64,000 nucleotides of DNA from contig BDGG01000011.1 of NCBI GenBank assembly GCA_001949185.1, positions 703,552 through 767,551 of the forward strand. Reading direction: 5' to 3'. The notes below the pieces were generated by a model that ran no database searches, was not told the origin of the DNA, and saw only the letters and a list, made by a program, of their open reading frames with translations. A program made the translations under genes and the position numbers. How positions within the stretch are numbered: position 1 is the first letter of the stretch; each line of letters starts with the position of its first letter. The DNA comes from Ramazzottius varieornatus. Its lineage: Eukaryota > Animalia > Tardigrada. Shown piece after piece: positions 11,701 through 25,528 of this stretch.

Positions 11701-14700
11701 GGCAAACTGGACTCTGAAGAGGATGCATTTTTTTCGCAATTCGCGCAGGTTTCTACATTGTAGTACTGATAGCGTGCGCCACTTATGAAGTCAATCTTGT
11801 CGAGGTTCTACCACTGCGTATTTTCCTGTTTTGGGGACGTAGTATGGTGCCTCGAGCCACGTGCGTCTAACGTGGTTTTGTTCAAGGATGAGAAGCACGC
11901 TAGGAAGTTGTTTTAAGTCTGTCGAGATATCAATGGACGATCAGATTGTTCGAGCTTTCACATATCGCAACTCTGTACTGAAAACAAATGCGTAACTTGA
12001 TCCGGGCAACAAAAATTTCTTTCTCGCAACCGCAACGTAACGCAGTGGAAATGTGTGGCCTATAATCTTTTGCCTCCTTTGCTCGGCCTTCCCAGTGGTC
12101 ACAACCGCTAGCTAGTTATCAAAAGTATTTCAAAGGTTAACTGCAGGACGAAGATCACACAAAGCTGACGGGTTGTCACGCGCCACTCTCATGGGGAACC
12201 ATCGTTTGAAGTAAACAAGGTTCTCTACGCGTTTCCGTCTGCCGATACGAGATAGGCATGCGCGCATTCGAAAGTGTGGAAGGAAGGTCCGCCGCTGCTA
12301 CAGAGTTAGCATCGATCGGCTGATGCTGACGCATGCATGCAGGATGATAATAACGAGTTCTGACAACTGTTTTCCCCTTTGCAAACACAGCGTACCCTAT
12401 AGCGAGCTGCCACAGTAAGCACGCCTGTAAGAGCTGGCTCGACCTTCCCGGAAATGTTGACACATGAGGTTGCGAACGTGAACAGAACAGCCGGGGCTCT
12501 TTAGCCACGTCGTACATCCTAACCTTTTCTCTGAACCCTAAACAGTCTTCGCCATGTGACCCAAACGACGCAGGCACATGCTCCACTCAAGAACGTTTTA
12601 AAATGCAGCTGGGGACTTGTACGGCCCAAAATGAGTCCGACCCCATTCAACTTTTCGCGGTTCTTAACAAGATGCATCGCCCTGAAGGAATCCCACCAGA
12701 TGGCAAAAACAGGATTGCCCGTTGCGGGCGTAAACCTCAAAAGTTTCTCGTGCCAGCTAAAGATCTGATGTCGAGAGGTCGGAGAAAAGGTGGAAGAAGC
12801 TACTAGGGAAATGCCTCGATGCTCTATAATTTTTCCTAATACCCTACATCCGCGTGACTAGCGGGGATCTCCCTCCTAGTGCAGGTTGGGCTTCCGCCTT
12901 GTCCACTCGACCTTCGAAATAATTGCTCTGAAAGCCAGGCGCACGTGCTTTGTACATCCGCGATCTTTTCTTCATATTATCGTTCCATTTCCCCTCACTT
13001 GCGTCATCAAACACGGAAGAACCGATCCATCACCTCATCTCTAAACAACTTCTTACTAGACACCGACCATTCCAGAGTGCAGGGAAACAAACTGGGCACA
13101 AAACTCAACAAGATTTTCGTGATTGACGCGTGTTTCCGGTGTTTTCAGCCGGAGTCGTGCGCCACTTCGAAACTCGACAGGATTGTTTTCGCAGATGGCG
13201 CACGCTTACCGTTCTATTGGCTGAGTGTGTGCGTCACTTGCGACAGCCGTTTTTTCGACTTTCTTAGCCTATCGTGGGTGCTCAAAACCGCGGCGGAATA
13301 TTGACAGAAATGCGCGTGACGCTAAACAGTGATGGCTGTAAATGAGGATGAGAACGTGCTGCATGTGGCGGTGCGACTACCACGATCCATTCTTCGGCAG
13401 ACTTGCAAGCTCGACACGCTAACAGTTCAAAGTGTTCCATGAGCGAGTTCGTTGTTCCACTTTTGTTGGATTGAGTTACTTCACTGCCCGGCCATGAGCC
13501 ATTTTCAAATGGTGTCTCGAATTGGCTGCAAAGACACTTCAACTCTAGAGGTAAATGTCTGCACTCCATACAGCAAACTGGCCTGCTTGATAGTACATTT
13601 TCCAGATATCGACAAGCATGAGCTATGCCTCTTCAGTAGCAGGTAACCAAGCTGAACTGAGTACAGTGGCACATGACAAAAGCTTCCTGACGTAAACCAC
13701 GGAATCTGACCAAATGTGGTTAACAAAGAGAGCAAGGTCTAGCCTGACACGTTCAGCGGTATAATGCAATTCATGGCGGATGACGATTGCATAAGAGCTA
13801 TTGGAGGTCAAAGAGGCGGTCATCTCGTTGCATAACATCGCGCACTACTGTACGTAAGGTAGGCTACCTTGACCAGCCTTCAATTTCACGCAGCTCTCAA
13901 GCGTTCATCCGATCAGTTGTTATGTAATTCAACGTGACAGTCTATCTAACCTCGTTGTGCTGTGCAGCACTTCAAGTGCTCAAATACCGGTATATCTGAA
14001 CACGAGGGAGCTCGAGCTTACGCGATTTTCGCAGCTGAAGGTCATCTACGAAACCCCGACAAGGAAGTACAGTACATGGCCGTTGCGATGTGTCGGAGCT
14101 CTGTAAACAAACTCGCAAGACTCTTAAAGCGGCGCACCCTCCCAGCCGACAACACCGGGAAAGCGCGTCCCTTGGGAAATGCGGTGAGATCGTTTCTCCA
14201 AGCGGCGCATTCGTCCAGCCAATAAGACCGAAAATGTGCGCTACTTGTGAACTCGACAGGATCCCTTTCGAAGTGGCGCACACTCCCAGTCGATAACAGA
14301 AGAGACATGCGCTGCGGCACTTGGGAAAAGAGCTCGCGCAGCCAGGTTTTCAATTAGGGCTGGTACGCCGATGTTTACCCCGACTCCTCTTCACAATAGC
14401 GGGGAAAGCACTAATATAATGACGTCCTTGAGAAGGTGGTCATTAGGCGTCGTGCGCCATTTCAATGCCATGATCACAACTTGCTCATGGTCATCCTCAA
14501 TGGACGTTTACTACCGTCTAGCGATTATCGAGCATAATGACAGCTTCTAACACCATCGCCATTACGTCAAACCAGACGCCGCTCTGCGAACTTAAAGGGG
14601 CGTCTTTGACGTAGTTAAACACATGCCTCTCAACTTTTCTGCGAAGTTCTAACTTTGGGGATGTCTGTGTACACACTGTTTTGAGCCAGAATGTGGGAGC

Positions 14701-16744
14701 GGAGGCGGAAGTGTCAAGCCCGACGCAAATGAGAACAGTCTTGTACTTACGCGAGGTGCCGTCTTTTTCTTGCCATATCCATATTCATCATCGTGTGGCG
14801 ATGTGGAAAAGTTCAATGTTCTGCAAAGACAAGGACACATTCAAGATTATATTTAGCCAACGCCACCGATTACGCGCGATGCCATAACGTCTTTACTTGA
14901 TTTACGTAAGCAGACCTTAAAAGCTCAGCCCATTCTTGAGTTCACTATCGAGGCCAGCCACGTGTTTGTCCTCCACACAAAACTACCATATTGCAACCCT
15001 CTGACGGAAACTACACACATTATCGGCATGATAGTGCCTCTAACCATAAAGGTTCTTTCGTTTTGCCCTACGCGACTTACACGTGTCAGGTGATGTACAG
15101 CTTTAACTACAATAATTTACTTTTTTGCCGTAAATGTCAGCTCGATACTTGTACGGCGTTGTTTATATCCAAATTTCCCGCACACCCTCAATGTTCGCAT
15201 ACAAAACTGTACCGTATGCTGTCTTTGACACCTCGGGGACCCAGGCGAACGAACTCGGCTTGATCATAATTTTTTGAATGGCGCACACCTCCGGCCAGTA
15301 ACTTCGGACACGTGCGCCACTTGGAAAGCGATTTTGCCGAAATTGTTATCCCAAGTGGCGCACAAGTATGGTGTTACTGGCTGGTGGCGCGCGCCACTTG
15401 GAAAATGGATCTTTCCTCCCATTGCTTCCAGACAATTCTATGATACGAAGTACCCACGTTTTCTAGGCTCGAAGTCTTTTCGACAACGCGTTGGAATACA
15501 TTGGTCTCAACCACATAGGGAAAGACGTTCCGGGTTGTTGACGTAATAACAGCCGGTGCATGACCGCAAGTCGTGCTGGCTTTAGTTACCTAATAACCTC
15601 CGTATAGCGACAAGGTGAAATATGGTTCAAACATAGAGTGAAGACAAGTGCTTGATGCTTTCAGAGCAAAGAGTAGAAACATGCGCATACAGTCTTCACT
15701 GAAGGTGCCTACGGAGCGCGCCAACTTTGGTTAGCGTAACAGTCGGAAACTATAAAGGACCTTTGCCAAGATATGCGGGCTTATTCCGAGCGCCAAAGTC
15801 TTCTACCTTCCAACTGTTATACAATTGTTTACTCAGTCCTTACGCGACATCTTCCAGTAGTTCTAGACAATCACCCTATCCTTTCTTCGCTCAGAACGGA
15901 AGATTGCATGGGAAAAAAACTCCACTTGAACTTCCGCGCACCCCTCGCCTTTGGGTTCGAAAGTTCACAGATGCTCAAAGGTTCCAAGGAGAACAAGATA
16001 TTCGAGCATTCGCGTCCAAAGTTCGCACGTCATGTGTGACCGATCACGCATCAGAAAAAAAATTGTAAGATGACCCCGAAGAATTTCCCCAATAATCATA
16101 CAACGAAACCTTGATAGTTTTCCTAAAGGTATCAATATGTACAATCTATTCTCCTGCTGTGTTTCCCACGTCCATTATGATTCTTACCATCATACCCTAT
16201 ACAGCCTGCCACACCCTGTTGTTCCAAAGTAGCGCACGCTTCCAGCCAATAACCCCAAAAAAATGCGGCACTTGGGAAAACGAAATTGGGCCAGGTCGCT
16301 TTTCCAAGTGACGCACGCTTCGTGCCAGCAGCAGTGGAAAAGTGCGCCAGTTGGGAAAACAATTTTGTCGGGTTCATTTGTGGAGCTCACATATATAATA
16401 TTCTCGGAGACCATCAGCTTCACAAAAGAGGACAGCTACAGACTGGCTCACCGTTCCATAGAGTCTTTGCGGTGTCGTTCACTGAGGGGACTAGAATCGC
16501 GACCCGACCACTGCGGTGTACTTGAAGGTCCATAAGACGCTTCGGACATGGTCAGACCTTGACTTTGAGCGGTGGCGGGATGACTGACCAGGTTGACGGC
16601 CTGTTGGGCCACCATCAGTGAGGACATATGGGCGATGGTGGGACGCCGCAGCATTCCGCCGTTGGCCGAGGAGTAATCCATCGACATGGAAATTGGCATG
16701 CCGCTCATCAAGGACGGGCTACTCTGTACGCTACTAATCGACAT
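8789..16744 (-). CDS. cwo: Clockwork orange (cwo) bHLH-Orange transcriptional repressor; 5'-most coding exon (16452-16744) tentative
   Basis: b[37 protein letters not shown]|[19 protein letters not shown] (11330-11580). Orange domain [21 protein letters not shown]...RLINH. C-terminal cwo motifs [23 protein letters not shown] and HPVTINVNF. Confidence 0.9.
10780..11000. repeat. Three-unit palindromic array in a cwo intron
   Basis: Three CAAGTGGCGCAC-like / GTGCGCCACTTG pairs with GATCTTGTC-type linkers. Confidence 0.88.
14105..14340. repeat. Three-unit palindromic array in the long cwo intron
   Basis: AAACAAACTCGCAAGA left end; three units with CCAGCC(A/G)AYAAC-like loops. Confidence 0.88.
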
Positions 16745-19644
16745 CACAGCCCAAAAATTATTCACTGCTCGGCTTCAAATTCAAAACATTCGAAGATGAG
16801 TGTTTGTCGGATGTGTGTAATCAGGCATTCTAAGGAGGGGAGAAAAGTTTGAAAAGAAAGACAAAGATATCTCGAGTAGGCGTTCGGCCTTGGCCAAGGT
16901 TATCCACAGCGCAAATGAGGTCGTCCCTCCTAAAGATTCGTTTGTGGAACGAAGAGATGGGAAAGAGTAGGGTTGGAGATCAAGCTTGAGCTTGTCACTA
17001 ACCACATGGGGAATGACGAGGAAGAAAAAGGATACACATTTGAGGCAAAAGCTGGATAGATGGATGGATGCAGTAATGTGTAAACTGAGTCACGGTTACA
17101 GAGAGTGTGTGAGTTACTGGATTGAAGGCCGATCACTGTTACAGTTGCGTCACATGGCTGTGTCGTACCATCTCCGGTTGAAGGTTCTTCGCCTGACGTA
17201 CATACGCGAGAAATATGTAGAACTCTGGCCAGATTAATGGCTCGTACTGTATGCGATGTGAAACTTGACTGGCTATTAGCTCGGTTATGCTTGGTGAGCG
17301 ATGGACTAGATTCTTGGGCGGTTGTATGCACGAGAATCGTGACTGGCAGCTGGTTTGCTGCATGACACACTAGGATATCGTACGGTGCGTCAGTCAACGT
17401 GTGGAAAACACGATCGATTTAGCTGAGGGACCTGTGGAACCAGTGCAGCTTCTGTACAACTATGCCTCGCCGGAGTACCTTGTCACAGAACGTGAGTCGA
17501 GCGTGCGTGCATGGCCCAGCTAGGCAGTGCGGGCACAATACTTTGACCGATCGATGGGCGATCGCACGTCCCTTCGTTTCGAGACCCAAACATGCTTGCT
17601 GTCTGCAAGGTTCGCCGAAGTTGGGGAGCTCGGCAAACAAGTGGACAATATCGGTTTTCCAAGTGACGTACGCATCCAGCCACCAACAGTGATAGCGCGC
17701 GCCACTTGGAAAGCTCGACCACATTGTTTTCCCGAATGGCGCACGTTTTCTGTGTTTTCGGCGGGAGGCCTAGAGAAAGTCAGTGAGCTTCAGGTGCAAG
17801 GCGAAACACGCTCGCGCCACACTAACGAAATTTTTCTGAATGTTTCGGGATTATGAAAGGTGGAAGTTCTCCGCGATTGTTCGGGTACGGCAGTTAGCGG
17901 ACCTCTTCATGAGAAAGGTAACTGACGAGGCGGACTGATGGTAACTTGCCTTTAAGCGCACTTCGTCACATCATAGCATTGTGTACCGGAATGCTGCCAT
18001 AGACTTCGGCACGAACCATGTTTTTGCAAGGCCGGAATGACAAACTCGCGGCATGCATGGCCCACATGTCTGGCGCATCGCATGATCTGAGCGTATGACC
18101 TGGCTTGTTTTGCACTTTATTATCGGTTAAATTCACGAAGCTTGACGAACTTTGTCCAACCGACCACGCGACAAGGACCAACAGTAAGTATCGCCTTTGC
18201 AGCGATATTACACTGATCTTTGATCAACAATTGACACGGCCATTAATGAACCCACCCCCCCCCCCCCAACCTTGGCAAAAACTCGACGGGAGAGCCACAA
18301 CACGATTGCCACTCCCAACATACACTATTATGAAATAAACTAAAACTTCATGAAAAGATACCATCCGCATATCCGATGGTATCTTTCTCCCAACATAGAA
18401 GGGTTGTCTTCGGTGAACTTGTGACGTAGCTCATTGCCAAGACCTGGCGCCATCTGTACGGAGCTCGGCGAAGGGACAAGTTCACTGGTTCACCAAGTGG
18501 CGCATGCTTACAAAGTGTTATTGAACGAAAGCGTGCGCCACTTGGGGGAAAACACATCTTTGTGGAGTTTGCTTGGCGAGCGAGCTCCATCTGGTGAGGC
18601 AGAGCTGCTCGAGCCACAAAATTTCTTATGCAAGTGGGCTGCGGACAGTTCCAGGTCCGCAGATTCCCCACGACCAGGCAGTACTCAGTTCGGCTGGCTG
18701 GGGAATTTAAATTTTGCTTAAAAGCACCTGCCTCTTCCACAGTACAACGCTATTGCCTATTTCAGATTTATGTTTTCAGTGGTGTTTACACTACCGATTT
18801 GACCTATGCACTTACCCAAAAACAATACAGCTACTGCTCTATTCGGAAGACGACGGGAGCTTCACAAATATCCGTACGTCCGGAATAGCCTTCCCGAACC
18901 GCGCATTCGTCGTTTCCGCGTGCCATGCGATCTTGGTCTCGAATGATGCGTACTTAGTCCGCCTGCTAGTCCGTTCCAGCTTTTCCTACAACGAAATCTG
19001 CCGTATTACTTCAAGTCCGAACTCTCGACCGAGCGAGTCTAGGTATTCACAAATTCAGAAGAAAATACCGTCCGAATCTGACCAAGGCGCATATCCTTTC
19101 TTGCTCCTTTCTTGAGTCAAAATTTCTTGTGAGACAATATGCCATAAGCTCCGACTTACCTTCTCCTTTCCATCTCCTGATCCCCCCTAGACTCAGATGG
19201 CATACAGCAATCCAGCTGCTGTCTTTGGCCGAAACAACTTCCTGGAAAGCAAGTCGACACAGGATGAGTATCATATGGGAGTGGTGGTAAAGTTAGGAGG
19301 AAGAAAACAAAAGTAACAAAACTGAGAAATAGCCCCGCGCAAAAGGTAGCGGTCCTACTACTAGCGGAGCCCTCCACCCGTGACCCGTCGTTCAGTTTCT
19401 GCCCTGGGGGTTTGGTCTGTGGAAATTTTCGGATTCAAACAAAAATACGAGATAATTATTTCGTTTGAAAAAAATTAAAATAGTACTTCTCAGGCCTTCC
19501 GCTTAGAATCTACGGTACTCGAAGGGAAATCAACGATGAACGATCAACGTATAGTTGCAGGTGCAATCCGGAGTAATCTTCGGAAGATCGCCGTGTGAGC
19601 AGGCGAAACGCGGGGGAAGGTTCCGAAGAGCGGAAGGGGGCCAG

Positions 19645-22600
19645 ATGGCTCGGACACGACTCACGCCGAAGGAATTCCTGCAAGAATGTTTCCCTCCACG
19701 GCTGCTGTGTCTGATATCAGAAGATGCTCAGGAGGTATGTCAGAAAAACAACCTGGATTTTATCCAGCTGATTCGGCCGTTCTGTCGACCGACGAACGAC
19801 TTAATCTCGTCCGACTTGACGAATCGACGTTTTTACATGAAGAATTTCTACCTCCACGTCTGCTCGCTGGAGCAAGCCTCTCCGTGTAACCCTAATATCA
19901 CGCGAAATCTCTTCAACGACCATGTTACCCAGTGCGTCGAAAACTTTGACCCTCATCACTCTCCGCAAATCGACATTGCCCTCAGCGACAATACCTCCGT
20001 TGCCGTACCCGGTAAGCTTGAACAGTCCATTGATTGAACGGAAGTTGATTTGTTGTTTTATCATGAAGATTTGAAACGGTCACGTGCTTCCTGTTATGCG
20101 TATGAGTACGCCACATGATCGGAAGTTGTAACGTTGTGAAGCCGGTCAAGGTTTTTCAGCCGGCGCACGCTTCCTGACAATGACACCTTTAACTTGCGCC
20201 ACTCAGGCAGACGATCTAGTCGAGTTTTCTAACTGGCGCACGGTTTCGGCTAACGATACTGAAGAGGTGCACCGCTTGGAGTAACAATCTGGTTTCTTGC
20301 CAAGATCCGATTTTCATCCTTTTTTTGCTTCCGTTGCAGCAACGACGCCTTGGTACGAAGTTTTCCGGGATGACTACATTCGCTTTTTCCCGCCGTACGA
20401 CTACGAATGTATTCGAGACCTGCTAGGTTGCCTCTTTGTCGTATCGACGTCGATTGCCGATCCAGTGGGGCGAGCCAAAGCCTTGATCGAGCAACAGGTC
20501 CAGCTGCAAGCAAACCAGAAGAACCCACGTTGGCTTGGGCCCAATATTCTCAAATACTTTGTCGTGCTCGACGACTTGTCGACGTCTTCTCCCGACACCA
20601 AAGTGCGAGGCGAAAGCGCATTGCATTACTTCACCACGACCTATGGTGAAACCAACTGCTGCTTGTTGGGTATCAACAGCGGCACTGGCCGTAACATTGA
20701 CGAAGCGCCCTTCAATCCATGGGAGAATTCCATGACTTATAGTACACCAAGCAATGACGACATGGCCAGTGCGGCTGTCGCCGAAACCTTACCAGAAGTC
20801 AATGGAGCGAATGAGGCAGAAGGTATGGACCATCCTTTGGCTATTACACCACACCGGACAGTGACCAACGGCCCAGACGCCGAGGAGAAGCGTGTCGGAA
20901 TGCTGTTAAGCCAAGAAGACGGACGAAGAATAGAAACCTTCATCACCGACCTGGTCAACAAATGCCTCGTGCCGTACGCCGAACGACAGATAAAAATCCT
21001 GAACGAACTGGTAAGCTCGTTTTCAAGTGGCGCATTGGCCATTCTAATTATATCGAAAATGTGCGCCACTTTGCAAACTCGACAAGATCGATTTCCCAAG
21101 GCGCGCACTCTCTGCCAATAACACGGAGGAAGCGCGCCACTTTTAAAGTAGTCCTGTCGAGTTTGCGTGCCGTGATCCCTGATACAATAGCTTTCAAAAT
21201 TCGATCGGAAGAATTCACGCTGCTCCTCTTTCAGATAATATCGAAGAAGGGTATTCACCGGACATTAGTCAACGCCACCAAGAAGATCTTCGGACCAAGC
21301 GGACCACCACGTCCAGGTGCTGCGTCTTCCCGGTCGTCCACCAGCTCGTCGTCCTCGTCGACCAACGTCAGTCAAGTGGTGTACATGACAGAAGCCGTCG
21401 AGATGCACAATCGCAAAGCGGGCGACCTCTCCCTTATCCTCCAACTGTATGATCAGGCTCTGGGCTTCTATCAGTCTGCCAGACGTGATTACAGCAGCGA
21501 CCAGGCGTGGAATTACTACGCTGCTGCTTCCGAGATGTGTGGTTGGTACTGCCTCCGCCTTTTTTTCCTTCTCGTAATGATCACTCGGCTAACGAATAGT
21601 CTTTGAACAATGTTGGTTGTCTCTTCAGGACTGTGCGTCTTTCTTTCGCCTGCCACTGCATTTTCCACGGTTAACGCCAAAGCCTTTCCACTGCAGTTCT
21701 TTGAGGCTGCTATCAAGTCATACTCCGAGTATGGACCAACCAAGCAGCAGGTAAGAGAGCGTAGCACATTGAAAGACTCGTTCCAATGATGCAATCGTGG
21801 TTAGTTATCTGGCGCTCCTCTTACCTCGGCCATTTTTCTACGAGATGCCTGCCAAGGCCGTGCTCGACACAAATTTGTCAATCTTACCATAAAAAAAGGC
21901 ACAAAAGACATTGACTGTTTTGATATGATTGAATTGTGACTGAAATTTTTCCGTAGGCTTCGCAGAGCTTGAGTGTACGGTCGACCTTCTTCGCCACGGA
22001 AGTTTGTAAAGCACTAGGGCTCTTCGACGAAGCCGCGGCATTCTTCAAGACGCACACGGAAGAGTTCGACCTGCTATCCGGGCTCTTTCTGGAGCAGGCT
22101 GGTCACTGCTACCTCAAGAGCAGTCCGCGCAAATTCTCATTCCAGATGATTTTTGCCGGATACCGTTACTTCAAAGCAGCCCAGAAGAAGTTGGGTATCT
22201 TGGCCTACAAGCAGGCTTTGAAGGTCTTCGAAGGCCGTCAGTGGAGCATCGCCGAAGACCACATTCGCATGAATATTGTCCGACATTCCATGTTGTTGAG
22301 ATCTTACCAGGAAGCCTTGCCGCATTTCGCCTTCCTCCTTACCGGTATGAGAGTCTCCCATATCGCAATATGTTTTTTAGTATATGGAAGCTTGGCAAAC
22401 GAAGCCAACACGATTGAAGTGGCACGCGTTCCCAGTGTTAATAGATGATAGCGTGCGCCACCTGGGAGAGTAATCTGGTCGAGTTAGTCGAAGTGACGCA
22501 CATTTTCGGCGTAACTGGCTGGAACTGTGCGCCAGTTGAGAGAGTAGCCTTGCCGAGTTTTTCGCCTGGGACTCTATTATGGTCTCGTTCATTTCCAGGT

Positions 22601-25528
22601 GTGCGTCGCCAGGTCGCTTCACAGCAGCTTCTGATCCTCAAAGATTTCCTCACCTGTCGGCGCTCTGTTCAGTCTTCCCCCGACGAACGTGTGATCAACC
22701 TCGACATTCCTCTCATCAAGGTCCAAAAAATCCGCACTATTACCGCACCCGCTAACGATAGTTTTCTGGTCGAGTCTGTCGATGAAGAATGGCTAGCTCT
22801 AGAAGAGAAAGCGGTCGAAGCGAAAGGCCACGCGCACCCACATTTCCGACACCAGCAGTTTGTCTTCTCGGACAAGACAGACAACCGCCATTCTCCTATG
22901 ATATCAGCCGGTGAAGTCTTGACAGTGGAAATACCCCTTCAGAACCCTTTAGGGTTGCCTGTCACTGTAAAAGCACCGAGGTTAACGTTTCAACCCGGTA
23001 ATCTTGAAGAGACGCTTGTGGTGGAAGCAGTGGATGATGTCACTCTGGCAGCTGAGGAAGAAACGGTCCTTAGGTTCAGGTTAACGGTGAAAGAGACGGG
23101 AATGTTGAAGATTAATGGGATCGAACATGTAGTGTATATCCAAGTCGAGAACGATACGGAGGAAGGGCCCTTGTGCATCAATGCCAGAAAAAGCTTCGAA
23201 ATTACCGGTATGAAGTATATTTGAAGTTACACCATTTTCCCGAATGGCGTACCTTTTAGAAATTACTAGCTGTAGGCCTGCGCCACTTACAAAACCAACC
23301 CGATGATTTTTCCACGTGACGCACGTTTCTTGCTAATATTAACGGAAACGTGCGCCACGCGGGATAAGATCTTGCCGAGTTTGCATCAAAGTTTTATCTT
23401 TGCTGTTTTGTTTATCGGTATCTTTGTGCATGATTAGGTAGGCGGTTGAACGTTTCGAAAGCTGACAAAGCCGGCATCGTTTATACACCAGACCGCCGCT
23501 TGGACATTATCGTGACCGAGCCAAGAGGGAAGGTGGTGGGCAACTGGGAGAACTTCCCGCGGGGAGTGCTGTCGGGACAAGTGGTCCGTCTGGGTCTGAC
23601 CATCGACAACCAGGGCGGCAGGTCCGTCAATCACCTGGCCATTCTCTCTTCCCTTCCACACGTCCTCATTTTCTTCAACGCTCCCAAAGATGGCGATATC
23701 TTGACACTGCCACTTCCCAACGGTAAGAAGATTGTTTTCCCAAGAGGCGCACATGTCCAGTGTTGTTGGGTGGAAACATGCGCCACTTGGAGTAACCTTG
23801 GTTTATTTGCCGAGCTCCCTTTTGGGTCTTCCCTTTCGAGTCTGCGTATAATAAAGTTGTCAGTGCAGGGTCGTTGGAACCCAGGAAGAAAGTGTCCTTG
23901 TCAGCGGTGTTTGTGGCGCCTTCCGCTGCCGGCTCGTATACCATCAAATGCCTGCTGTACTTTCGGTCCACGCCAGATGGAGACAAGGCTCCTAAATACG
24001 GTATTTGGCGTATCCAGCACGACTTCCAGGTCCTACCGGGAATAACGCTCAAAGGCACGATCCAACCTAGTCTTTCCCCCTCCCAAAAAGAGCCAGAGAA
24101 TCTGATTACCTTACAAGCTGCTCACGTCAACGAGGTAGAACGTACTCGCATACTTTTGCGTACAGTTCGTCCATTCTTTAATCCGTAGGTACAGCTACAG
24201 AATATATCAATCAAGCTGATAGAACTGCTGTCGACCACGCCACATTGGACAATTTCTAACCTTGACGAAACTCTCCCTCCCGACCAGAAAGGGACGCTCA
24301 TATCGAACGGAAGTCTGAGCTACGGTGAAGAAGCCTTCCTTGCTCTTCTGGCTCGTCAGCGGTACCTTGTCGAAGGCGACTCGACGACCCTGAGTGCCTT
24401 CACTATCGGTCCAGAGCTGGACGCTACCGACCACAACTTCATCAAAGCCGCCCGCACCATCGCAGCCTTCGCTAACGAGGACGGTGGCCGTCGGGAGCAG
24501 CAAGATGCCATCCGGTTACGACTCCTGTGGAAAGTTACGCTGGTTACTGATGGCAAAACCAGCAATGTGTTTGGCATCCGTTCTATTGCGCTACCAATTT
24601 TCACAAGATCCAGGGAAGGTGTCGAGCAAGCCGTAGTGAGGTCTCCTCCAGGTGGAGATAACGCGGATGGTGCCGATCAAGTCAGGACTGTGCCGGTAAC
24701 TTCCTTAAATATTTGGAGGACTCAACAAGATCGGATCCTCAAGTGACGCACTCAACAGCCAGTTATGCTGAAAATGTGCGCCACTTGGGACACTAAATTT
24801 GAATTTTCCAAGTGGCGCACGCTCTCGGCTAATGACACTGGCAACGTTCGTCCCTTGGAATAGAAATCTTGGCGAACTGGTTTACCGAGTTCCCGTCTAT
24901 TCATATTTTTTTCGCTTACTGTAGGATATCGCGGAGATCCTGACGAAGGTGCCGGATGATCCGTTTGTTAGCTCGATACGACTGCAGTCACTCACTGCTG
25001 CAGCTGGCGTAGACGGTGCCACAACCCAAGAGGCTCAGTATGGCGTTGACATTATCAGCTGGAGTGTCCACTTACCGGTAATTATAACCATCAACAATAA
25101 CAACAGACGGTCAAAATTTATCCACTTGTATCATATACCTTCCGCTTGTCCCTGTTCGTTAAACTCGAAGTGCATAGAACGGTATTTTACAGGAAGTGGA
25201 GCCATCGGTGAACGACGAAGGCTTCTGCGTAGTCTCCCTGACGATGGAGCTCTCGTGTCGTTTGACGACCACTCACGACTCTTTCGAAGTGAGCGTGGAT
25301 CTACGGTCGGGCTCGCGGTGCTTCCCGGTGGGTGCCAGACGACACCAGGTAGTCTTACGGCCAGCGGAAAGCTGTCCGCTGGCCTTCCAGTACTGCTTCA
25401 CAACAGCTGGCACCTACAACATGGCCGAGTTCGTCCTAGTCAAAGCCATGCCGGTCAGGCAGCTACAACCCTCCACGGTCAAGCTACAACGCCCGGCCAA
25501 CAACCAAATGCTCATGCGTATCTTGTAA
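19645..25528 (+). CDS. TRAPPC8: Trafficking protein particle complex subunit 8 (Trs85), multi-exon
   Basis: N-terminus FLQECFPPRLLCLISEDAQEVCQKNNLDFIQLIRPFC; TPWYEVFRD; PRWLGPNILKYFVVLDD; RKAGDLSLILQLYDQALGFYQSARRDYSSDQAWNYYAAASEM; SGLFLEQAGHCY..RKFSFQMIFAGYRYFKA; WSIAEDHI. These match TRAPPC8 conserved blocks. Confidence 0.92.

Noticed and set aside
13962-18740. Short ORFs sharing peptides such as CATWE, KWRT, VRHLG, SSGAR and QVAH
   Set aside because: These are translations of the palindromic repeat in different frames, not a protein family.
18830-19380. Possible small minus-strand gene upstream of cwo
   Set aside because: Splice-like signals are present but no coherent ORF could be assembled; may be non-coding 5' UTR exons.
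21011-21234. Introner (intron-generating transposon) interpretation
   Set aside because: The element does not consistently supply the GT/AG ends, distances to splice sites vary, and many copies are intergenic or deep within long introns.
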